10,440 nt of DNA from Patescibacteria group bacterium. Its GTDB lineage: Bacteria; Patescibacteriota; Minisyncoccia; Phycocordibacterales; JBBUBG01. The notes beneath the pieces are model-generated. The model searched no databases, had not been told where the DNA came from, and saw nothing but the letters and a program-made list of their open reading frames with translations. The position numbers and the translations under genes were made by a program. Positions 1 to 7,388 of this stretch are shown here, piece after piece (the first letter of the stretch is position 1; each line of letters opens with the position of its first letter). Location: the NCBI GenBank assembly GCA_040384765.1, contig JAZKIQ010000003.1:82332-92771 (forward strand), read 5' to 3'.

Positions 1-8
1 AGGCACTT

Positions 9-37
9 ACACTAGCACGCGTAAAAATGATGGGCAA
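9..37 (-). promoter_or_regulatory. Putative sigma70-type promoter with extended -10, directing transcription out of the left edge of the window
   Basis: Minus strand reads TTGCCC (37-32), a 17-nt spacer ending in TGc, then TAGTGT (14-9). It lies in non-coding DNA just after the stop codon of the 64..1464 gene. Motif match only. Confidence 0.45.
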
Positions 38-63
38 TGATCACTTATTGAGACAAACGCACA

Positions 64-1464
64 CTACAGGCCTACTGCTGAAAGAATTTTGAGAGCTACC
101 CGCTCGCCGCTCTTACCATCGGCATAGGTGCACTGAGAGCGAACAAGGGCATTGCGTTCCTCGGCGCCCAAAGAAGGGTCCGCATAATACCGAAGCAGCT
201 TCTCCTTAAACTCCTGCTCGGTTTGAACGACAGCGATCCCTCCCGTATCTCGCGCTTTTTTGTAATGAGTAGTTTCGTAGTACGGATGTGGCCGCTTGAT
301 AACAACACCCTCTCGTATATCAAAATTGATATTTATCACCGGCTTCTCAAGCACCGCCGCATCAAGGCTAAGGCTCGTGTAGTAGCAGATCACCAGGCGG
401 GTATGATACAGAGTGTCCGCAAGATGTTGCAAGTCATCGTCTGTCATATCCCAATTCTGGCCGCGCGTACGAGAAAACACAGCATCAGAGAGCACCTGGG
501 TAAACTTTTTTCCGGGTCTGTCATACACGACATGAGGCAACATCGGCCACTCATGGGTATCAACGAGATCATTTGGATGAAAACGGACAAGAACAGTAAT
601 CTTTCTTGTGCCGAAAAGCCCCTCTTCCACCCACCGACTGAGTCGCTCAATCACGCCACGATCAAGTTCTGGGCGGCTTTTGTCAAAATTGGTGCCGATC
701 GGGCAATACAGCAGGATCTCATAGTCAGAAGGGATACCCAGCTTTGCCGTGAAAACTGTTCGAGGCGATTTTAGCCGAGTAAGCAGGTGATCATGCTGCA
801 CGGTACCTGAGATCGTAATCCGAGATACCTTCATGTCTGCGTAGCGAACAAGCTCCTCTTTCATGATCTCGTTGAATACAACGAACTCATCCGGCAAAAG
901 GCGAAGCATCCATCGCGAAGTGGTGCGATCCCAGGTGTTAATGAGACCAAGGCTCCGCACCCCATGAGCGCGCGCTGTGCGCAAAATCGCAACCTCTGCA
1001 TCGTCAAAAAGATCCGCCAAAAATACGAGGTCTGGCTTATATTTCTGAAAAAGCGGATCGAATACTCTGTTTACAACAAGCCTCTCGTCAGCAAAACGCA
1101 CAAGCATTCGGAAAAATGGCCGCGCAAAAATCCTATTCACCAAATAGCTCGCAATGAAGCTGTGCAGCTTTTTTTCCTCTCCATATCTCGTTTTTCTATG
1201 GAGATCAACCGTGGCACTCCGAAGAAGATAAAATTTTAAAACGGCAAAAAAGCGGTCCACGTGGCTAGGCGACTGCTTTGGAGCAAGCTCAAAATGAGCT
1301 TTAGTACCTGCGAACTCAGCCTGGTAATATTCGAGCAGGTAGCGATTTTTGAGCAAAAAAACAGCTCGAACTTCCGGATCAGCAAGAAGCCGCGCTCCTA
1401 TATCGGTGCGCAAGATATTTTTTGCCTCTACACCTGAAAAAAGCGGAACGAGAATCGTTTTCAT
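64..1464 (-). CDS. GT-B fold transferase, CDP-glycerol glycerophosphotransferase/KpsS-like uncharacterised family (paralog 3 in transcription order), 466 aa
   Basis: Long ORF with Rossmann-like start MKTILVP and motifs NILRTD, KYKPDLVF, NTWDRTTSR, GTVQHD, VRFHPND, TSLSLDAAVLEKPVI and C-terminal DGKSGERV. Clearly homologous to 3566..4918 and 4911..6308. The coding call is strong; the substrate is unknown. Confidence 0.7.
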   Translation of the reverse strand: MKTILVPLFSGVEAKNILRTDIGARLLADPEVRAVFLLKNRYLLEYYQAEFAGTKAHFELAPKQSPSHVDRFFAVLKFYLLRSATVDLHRKTRYGEEKKLHSFIASYLVNRIFARPFFRMLVRFADERLVVNRVFDPLFQKYKPDLVFLADLFDDAEVAILRTARAHGVRSLGLINTWDRTTSRWMLRLLPDEFVVFNEIMKEELVRYADMKVSRITISGTVQHDHLLTRLKSPRTVFTAKLGIPSDYEILLYCPIGTNFDKSRPELDRGVIERLSRWVEEGLFGTRKITVLVRFHPNDLVDTHEWPMLPHVVYDRPGKKFTQVLSDAVFSRTRGQNWDMTDDDLQHLADTLYHTRLVICYYTSLSLDAAVLEKPVININFDIREGVVIKRPHPYYETTHYKKARDTGGIAVVQTEQEFKEKLLRYYADPSLGAEERNALVRSQCTYADGKSGERVALKILSAVGL

Positions 1465-1491
1465 ATCAAAAAAATGCCGCCCATGAAAAAC

Positions 1492-2379
1492 TCAAGCCAC
1501 CTCGCGAACACACAAGATATTCGCCCACCCTTTCCCGTCAGGTCGATTTGCGGATATGCCAAGAAGGCGTTCGGGAGAGATGGGCTTCATCGCATGAGTA
1601 CTTTCGTTCAAAAGATAGAGTGTGTACCCCATACCTGCGATCGTATCGAGAAATGTACGTGGATCAGTACCAAGATTGCGAAGCCCGTACGGCCAAAACT
1701 CGATAAGCATCACCTTTGCCTTGCGGGCCGTCTCGAGACCTCCTTCGAGCACCTTTCCTTCCGCACCCTGTACATCCATCTTGATAAAATCGACCGGGAT
1801 GTCTTTGCAATATTCATCAAGTGTCACCGATGACACAGTGAGAACTGCTCCCCTGTGTGATTCGGGTATATTCGCTGCGGCAAAAGACATGTTCCCAAGA
1901 TTTTGTTCGTCGCGATAGAGCGCATCGCTCCCACTCCTCTCTGCAAGGGCTTTCTGCTCGCACACTACGTTTGTGAGATTGTTAAGTGCGATATTGCGCT
2001 TGAGCAGTTCGAAATTCTTTGGCTCAGGCTCAAACGCGTATATGCGTCCCGTTGGTCCCGCACCGTCGGCTGCCAAGATCGAAAAGTACCCGATATGAGC
2101 ACCGACATCGATGACTGACATTCCTGGCTTGATCACATTTCGAAACACCTCCGTTTCGTACGGATTGAAGTTGTTATTGATGAGATACTCATGAGCACCC
2201 CCCTTGTCCTCAGCATCGATGATCATCTTTCGTCCAAAGACCGGCACCTCTACAAAACCCCTAGGACGCAGAGCGCCATAGAGCTTCGCATGAAGTGCAC
2301 GTATGCCGGGCAGCGCTCCGAGGTTATATCCACGCAGCGCTTTTGTTCCTCCTTTAAAAAGGGAGAAGAAAAAAGACAT
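1492..2379 (-). CDS. FkbM-family SAM-dependent methyltransferase (Methyltransf_21), probably glycan O-methylation, 295 aa
   Basis: Canonical FkbM motifs VIDVGAHIGYFS, IYAFEPEPKNF, VTLDEY, DFIKMDVQGAEGKVLEG and LIEFWP. Start overlaps the upstream stop as TAATG. Confidence 0.93.
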   Translation of the reverse strand: MSFFFSLFKGGTKALRGYNLGALPGIRALHAKLYGALRPRGFVEVPVFGRKMIIDAEDKGGAHEYLINNNFNPYETEVFRNVIKPGMSVIDVGAHIGYFSILAADGAGPTGRIYAFEPEPKNFELLKRNIALNNLTNVVCEQKALAERSGSDALYRDEQNLGNMSFAAANIPESHRGAVLTVSSVTLDEYCKDIPVDFIKMDVQGAEGKVLEGGLETARKAKVMLIEFWPYGLRNLGTDPRTFLDTIAGMGYTLYLLNESTHAMKPISPERLLGISANRPDGKGWANILCVREVA

Positions 2380-3563
2380 TACGAGGAAACGATACCACGC
2401 TTAACCATCTCTCGAAAAGCCTCAAGGACCTGGTCCACTGATATCGCAAGCACCGCATCGGCAGTCTCCTTTGGCAATCCGGCACGCTTGAATGCAAAGA
2501 TCGAGGGAGCAATACCCTGTGGTACAAGCGCCACACTTCGGTCATCGTGCGGCACCTGCTCTCCGGGATGCACAGGCCCGACGATATCTATGAGCGGTAC
2601 CCCAAGCGCATGCGCCACATGGACGATACCCGTATCCACTGCAATCACCGCATTCATTTTTTTAACAAGCGAAGGAAGATCTTCGAGTGAAAAATCGGTC
2701 GCTGAGAAAAGATACTGCCTCATATTTTGATCTACTCCCTCTATTACCTCTCTAATGCGCGAAGCGTTGCCCGGGCTATCGATAAACACGATACGGACAG
2801 GAAACTCCTCGAGCAGTCTTCCGGCAAGCTCACTGAAACGCAACAGCGGCCACTCTTTGACTCGGTTGCCAGCAGAAACACAGATACTAATAACTATCGA
2901 TCGCGGTTGATTACCCATTGCGCCGAGAAAAGATGCTGCTTTTTCTTCTCCCTCTCGGCGTACAAAAAGCTCCTTTATTGGAGATGAATACGCAATGCCA
3001 AGCGGCGCGAGCAGCGATACGTACTGATCAAGAATCGAACTGCCATGCTGGTAGGCAACTTGATTGGTGTTGAACCAGTCGCTCAGGGCCTCAGAGAGCG
3101 AGCGATCGGCAATCACAGTCTTCACGCGAATCGGCGCGGCACTGTAGAGGGCTATAAGATTGTTGAATGGATTGTTAGACAGCAACACCACGGCATCAAA
3201 CTGCATACGAAATATGTACAAGAAGAGACGCCCTCGACCAAAGAATCCTTTAAACGGCGGATCGTTCACATTCACAAACTGGTCGATGTGCGGATTAGTC
3301 GCAACGATTCCGACTGCTTTTTTTGCGACAAGAACCGCCAAGTGTGCCTCCGGAAGTTCCTCCTTTATTCTTCGGTAGACAGGGGTCGAACAGATGAGAT
3401 CTCCGACGCGTGTCATGATGGGCACTACGAGTATCCGCATATCTCGACCACTCTTTTTGGTACGCCCGAACCGTACAAGCGCGATGATGGGAAAAAGCAG
3501 ATATCCGAGCGCAAGGTATGCGCTAAAACGAAGATGCTCTACCCGATGAGGTGCCATTGCCAT
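2379..3563 (-). CDS. Glycosyltransferase family 9 (ADP-heptose:LPS heptosyltransferase-like), 394 aa
   Basis: GT9 motifs RVGDLICSTPVYRRIKEELPEAHL, NPHID, KEWPLLRFSELA and IAVDTGIVHVAHALGVPLIDIVGP. Hydrophobic N-terminal segment. Alternative start ATG at 3557. Confidence 0.9.
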   Translation of the reverse strand: MAMAPHRVEHLRFSAYLALGYLLFPIIALVRFGRTKKSGRDMRILVVPIMTRVGDLICSTPVYRRIKEELPEAHLAVLVAKKAVGIVATNPHIDQFVNVNDPPFKGFFGRGRLFLYIFRMQFDAVVLLSNNPFNNLIALYSAAPIRVKTVIADRSLSEALSDWFNTNQVAYQHGSSILDQYVSLLAPLGIAYSSPIKELFVRREGEEKAASFLGAMGNQPRSIVISICVSAGNRVKEWPLLRFSELAGRLLEEFPVRIVFIDSPGNASRIREVIEGVDQNMRQYLFSATDFSLEDLPSLVKKMNAVIAVDTGIVHVAHALGVPLIDIVGPVHPGEQVPHDDRSVALVPQGIAPSIFAFKRAGLPKETADAVLAISVDQVLEAFREMVKRGIVSS

Positions 3564-3565
3564 AC

Positions 3566-4918
3566 TCAGGTTATTTTTTCAGTAAGTGCATCGAGAAGCC
3601 TTTGACTCGATCCGCCATCGCGTGCAAAACATTCAGTCCGCGCGAGCTCTGCTCGGCCTTCCGCATCCTCACTCGGGTTCGCAGCGTACCTCTTTAAGGC
3701 GAGAGCGAGCTCATCCGGAGTGCGCACCAGAGCGACCCCCTTGCTCTCACCTATGGGGCGGAAATGTTCAAACTGTTGCAGGCGCAGAAGCGATTCCCAG
3801 TATCCTACCGGCACGGGGTCAAAGGCAGGGATGATAATAGGGCGATCAAGAAATGCGGCGTCTACACACAAGCTAGAAAAAGGATTGATCACGCCACTTG
3901 AATGAAACAGTGTTGAGAAGAGTGAGTCATCGTCATCTTTTCCCATCTCACTCGACTGTATCCCTTTTATCCCTTCTCCAAAACGAACACCTGGCTCTGA
4001 AAAAACAACGCGCGAAGAGAGGACGCTCCGATCGATGGTAACGGTATCTGTCGGTGGCCTGCGAACCACAAGATACGTATCAGGAGGAAGCAGTGTATCG
4101 AGGAGCTTCGCCATTGCTTCATCATATCCGTGTCGATGCACGACAGTGCCAACTTTCATAATTCGATCACCCAGTGGCGCATAGACAAAAAAATGCTTCC
4201 CTTCCGGGATACCGAGCAATGCACAGATCTCACGACGTGAGTGTGGAGGCTCTTTGGCGTAGTTGTCATAGTGCGGAATACCTACTACACGAATGAGCGT
4301 ACAGTCGATATCGTGAAATGTCACCGCCTCCTCTTGTGCAATCTCATTTTGGACAACAAGTGTATCGGGAACTACCCGAAAGCCTCCTTTGGTCGTAAGG
4401 TTGTCCCATGAACGAACCATGGCGACAGCAGGAGTCCCATGCGAACGCGCTTCAAGAAGAACCCTGCAATCGTTGGCACTAAACACGTCAGTGGAAAAGA
4501 CGAGGTCAGGCTTGTACTGTTCAAATATCGCATGGTACGAATGGTGCGGCATGATAATGCGATACAAAAACGGAATAAAACGACGGACAAACGGAGCCCA
4601 CGAAAAAATACGCTGAGAGAAAGGCCGCTCTATCCCCATATTGCGATGGCGCATGGCAGAGAGTGCTTCGGTACGAACAGCCGCAAGTGCAATATCTTTG
4701 AAAAAATTATCCCGACGATTCAGAAGATTGGGTATTCCTATCACAATCACATTTGGTCCCTCAAAAACAGTACGGAAATATTGTTCTTTCTTTTTTGGCA
4801 TTACGAGCACGACTCGAAAGCCGCGCGCGGTGAGAAGGGACAAAAATGGCGCGAGCAATATGTTGCGCGACACGAGCACATGGAAACTCGTGATCAGAAT
4901 AGTCTTCTGTTTACTCAT
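3566..4918 (-). CDS. GT-B fold transferase, CDP-glycerol glycerophosphotransferase/KpsS-like uncharacterised family (paralog 2), 450 aa
   Basis: Motifs KTILIT, RNILL, QYKPDLVF, RSWDNLTTKG, VGIPHYDNY, VRRPPTD, SSLCVDAAFLDRPII and DGGSSQRL. Overlaps the upstream gene by 8 nt (ATGAGTAA). Confidence 0.7.
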   Translation of the reverse strand: MSKQKTILITSFHVLVSRNILLAPFLSLLTARGFRVVLVMPKKKEQYFRTVFEGPNVIVIGIPNLLNRRDNFFKDIALAAVRTEALSAMRHRNMGIERPFSQRIFSWAPFVRRFIPFLYRIIMPHHSYHAIFEQYKPDLVFSTDVFSANDCRVLLEARSHGTPAVAMVRSWDNLTTKGGFRVVPDTLVVQNEIAQEEAVTFHDIDCTLIRVVGIPHYDNYAKEPPHSRREICALLGIPEGKHFFVYAPLGDRIMKVGTVVHRHGYDEAMAKLLDTLLPPDTYLVVRRPPTDTVTIDRSVLSSRVVFSEPGVRFGEGIKGIQSSEMGKDDDDSLFSTLFHSSGVINPFSSLCVDAAFLDRPIIIPAFDPVPVGYWESLLRLQQFEHFRPIGESKGVALVRTPDELALALKRYAANPSEDAEGRAELARTECFARDGGSSQRLLDALTEKIT

Positions 4919-6308
4919 GGGAACTTTTCAAAAGAGAGGAAAGTAATTCGTCTGCGAGGCGCTCCCCTGACTTGCCATCAGTATACGCGCACTGCTCGCC
5001 CACAATTGCCGCGCGGGCCGCTCGGCGCGCTTCCGGATGGGCAACCGCTTCATGCACGGCGCACAAAAAATCAGCCCGAGAGGATGCGATATCGACTGCA
5101 CCAAGTGCCTTAATATCAGCGAGATGATCCCATTCGAAAAATCGTCTGGCAGAATTCCAGTAATCGGTGCCCGGGTCGGCATCAAACCCAACCGCAATGA
5201 GCGGCCGATCGAAAATGGCAGCCTCGATAAAGAATGTGGAGTAGGTGGAGACGACGATATCCGAATGGAAAAGACTGTTTGAAAGAAGTGAGAGCGAGCT
5301 CGCATCAAACTCCCAGCTGTCTTTCCCTACACCAAACTGAAACGAGGCCGATGCGACAACAAATCCGTACTGCTTTTTTATCTTCTCAACTTTCGCTGGT
5401 GAAAAATCTCGCTTCGGATATGGGCGAACAAACACCTGGAGGTCACTTGGTAGCTCTCCCTTCTTCATGGCGTCATTAAGCAGATCAAGCATCGCAAAGT
5501 CGATATCCATGCCCACCTTTCCTGAAAAGGCGTAGAGAAGGATCTTTTTTGAGGGATCAGCGCCAAGCCTCTCGGCAAACTCCTCTCTCGAGAGAAGCCC
5601 CTCTTTTCGAAAATAGGGATCGTACTGAGGCACGCCGATAATCCGCACCCGATCGGGCGGATAGTCCGCCCGAAGAGCAGCCTGCTCCTTCAGAATTGGC
5701 GTCTGCACAAAAAGCAGGTCCGGACTTACACGCAAAAAGGTTTTGCTATACAGGTTGTCCCAGCTTGATGTCATCCCAATGGTAGGCACCCCCCGCCGGA
5801 GTGCATCGCGCAGAAGAACGTATTCATTGCCGTAGATAAGAGTCGGGCAAAACACGAGGTCTGGCTTATATTTCTGGAAAAGCTCCGCGCACGACTGATC
5901 GGGAACAGATGCGTAAGCAAGACGAATGAACGCTCTCCATGCCCGGAATGAACCCAAAAGAGCACAAGCGCGCTGGAGAATGAACGAAGCAAGACGTATC
6001 GGAAAACGATCCTGGCTTCCTTTTCGATAGAAATAGTAAAACTGAATGGAGCGAGTAGTCGCCGTATGAATGCTGGCCGCCTCGAGCAGCTTAAAAAACT
6101 TTTCGATGGTCGGATGATCGACTGGAGGAATCTCTTCAAAGAGTAGATTTGGCGCAGAAAACTGTTCTCGGTAGTACGCAATTTTTTCTGCTGGCGCAAG
6201 AAAAACTACTCGCAGATCCGGCGTCTCCTTGAGCACCTGGAGAAAATCGGTGCGAAGTCCGTTGCGAACAAAAAAGCCATTGCTGACCGGGATAAGAATA
6301 GTTCGCAT
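4911..6308 (-). CDS. GT-B fold transferase, CDP-glycerol glycerophosphotransferase/KpsS-like uncharacterised family (paralog 1), 465 aa
   Basis: Motifs MRTILIP, RNGLRTD, KYKPDLVF, SSWDNLYSK, IGVPQYDPY, VRPYPKRD, STFFIEAAIFDRPLI and DGKSGERL. Confidence 0.7.
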   Translation of the reverse strand: MRTILIPVSNGFFVRNGLRTDFLQVLKETPDLRVVFLAPAEKIAYYREQFSAPNLLFEEIPPVDHPTIEKFFKLLEAASIHTATTRSIQFYYFYRKGSQDRFPIRLASFILQRACALLGSFRAWRAFIRLAYASVPDQSCAELFQKYKPDLVFCPTLIYGNEYVLLRDALRRGVPTIGMTSSWDNLYSKTFLRVSPDLLFVQTPILKEQAALRADYPPDRVRIIGVPQYDPYFRKEGLLSREEFAERLGADPSKKILLYAFSGKVGMDIDFAMLDLLNDAMKKGELPSDLQVFVRPYPKRDFSPAKVEKIKKQYGFVVASASFQFGVGKDSWEFDASSLSLLSNSLFHSDIVVSTYSTFFIEAAIFDRPLIAVGFDADPGTDYWNSARRFFEWDHLADIKALGAVDIASSRADFLCAVHEAVAHPEARRAARAAIVGEQCAYTDGKSGERLADELLSSLLKSSHE

Positions 6309-6314
6309 AAAAAG

Positions 6315-7388
6315 TTACAGCGCACTCACAATCGCTCGAATGAAGCGCTCGAGGCCATGGTCCTTAACGACGATCTCCCGCAGCGCCACTCCGAGCTCTC
6401 GGTACTTCTGTGGCTCCATATCCATAATTGCCTCAATCTTGCTGGCAAGCCCAGCCGCGTCCCCGGGGGAATACATCAGATCGTTCGTATACGGCCCCAG
6501 GACCTCGAGAAACGCCTCATTTGAGGTAAGTACCGGTAGCTCTGTTGCCATCGCCTCAGGCACCGCCTTGTCGAGGCTACCCGTTTTGCCCATGTTCACA
6601 AAAAGATCTGCGTCCTGCAAGCGAACAGGGAGATCTCTATTGGCAACGGGCCCGGGAAAAGAAAAATCCCTTTCGAGCCCCTTTTCTCTAACCTGCTTCT
6701 GAATCTGTTCAAAATACGCATTGTCAGCTGCTACCACCGGCCCACCAACAACCTCTGCACGCACCAGTCGCCCACCCTCCTTTAAAATCGCAACTGCGTC
6801 TACCAGCGTTTCAACCCCTTTCGAAGCCGCAATCCTCCCGACCGTAACAATGTTGAATTTTCTTGAACCTTGAACCTTGAACCTTGAACCTCCCGCTTTA
6901 AATTTTTGGATATCTATCCCCTGACCAATCACTCGTATTTTTTTGGACGCAAGACGGCACCCGCTTTTTGTTGAGGTGAAAATAAGATCGGTCAGTTTTT
7001 CTGCGATATGAAGAGAGGCCGGCACATGACCATGGGCATACCAGAGCGACACCTTTTTACCGAGCAACTTCCAGATTGGCGCACCCAAAATGACATACAC
7101 CTGATTCATATGCACAAACACCGCATCGTATTCATTGCGATGCTTCCAGATCAGCCACCAAAATCGAAGAGTGTACTGAATCTTCCTAAAACCTTGAATC
7201 TTCAATCTTGAACCTTCTTTCCCTAGCGAAGCTACTTTTACGTTTAATGGAAGCTCATACTCTCCGACCCCAAGTCCGATAGCAACAACGCCCTCCGTTT
7301 GCTTTGCAAACTCACGAATCCACTCGTGCATAAATCCGAGGATCGCGTCAGTGCGGTCTATCTTTTGAGTAACGATGAGAATCTTCAT
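6315..7388 (-). CDS. Glycosyltransferase family 4 (GT-B, retaining), 357 aa
   Basis: MKILIVTQ start, GQGID linker, IVTVGRIAASKG, ADLFVN and GSLDKAVPEAMATELPVLTS (variant EX7E motif). ATGA overlap with the upstream gene. Confidence 0.9.
   Translation of the reverse strand: MKILIVTQKIDRTDAILGFMHEWIREFAKQTEGVVAIGLGVGEYELPLNVKVASLGKEGSRLKIQGFRKIQYTLRFWWLIWKHRNEYDAVFVHMNQVYVILGAPIWKLLGKKVSLWYAHGHVPASLHIAEKLTDLIFTSTKSGCRLASKKIRVIGQGIDIQKFKAGGSRFKVQGSRKFNIVTVGRIAASKGVETLVDAVAILKEGGRLVRAEVVGGPVVAADNAYFEQIQKQVREKGLERDFSFPGPVANRDLPVRLQDADLFVNMGKTGSLDKAVPEAMATELPVLTSNEAFLEVLGPYTNDLMYSPGDAAGLASKIEAIMDMEPQKYRELGVALREIVVKDHGLERFIRAIVSAL
6862..6891. repeat. Perfect heptamer tandem repeat (CTTGAAC)x4 plus CT, inside the GT4 CDS
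   Basis: Units start at 6862, 6869, 6876 and 6883. On the minus strand it encodes GSRFKVQGSR in the interdomain linker. Confidence 0.95.
7186..7216. repeat. Degenerate heptamer tandem repeat of the same unit: CTAAAAC CTTGAAT CTTCAAT CTTGAAC CTT
   Basis: Units start at 7186, 7193, 7200, 7207 and 7214 (partial). Encodes GSRLKIQGFR, a near copy of the peptide from the 6862 array. Confidence 0.8.

Noticed and set aside
2347-2368. Perfect SD-like AAAGGAGGA within an imperfect hairpin near the 5' end of the FkbM gene
   Set aside because: It encodes Lys-Gly-Gly, has no ATG/GTG/TTG at suitable spacing in frame, and the TAATG overlap already explains the start.
4439-5113. 224-aa plus-strand ORF, plus the other 60-190 aa alternative-frame ORFs in the track
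   Set aside because: All overlap strongly supported minus-strand genes and show no family motifs.
64-6308. Naming the three paralogs tagB/tagF or UDP-GlcNAc 2-epimerase (wecB/neuC)
   Set aside because: They lack the GTRPE and GD motifs of 2-epimerases and only loosely match TagF motifs, so a specific symbol is not supportable.
6862-7216. Heptamer arrays as a CRISPR array or transposon end
   Set aside because: Units are 7 nt with no spacers, there is no cas or transposase gene, and no terminal inverted repeats are visible.
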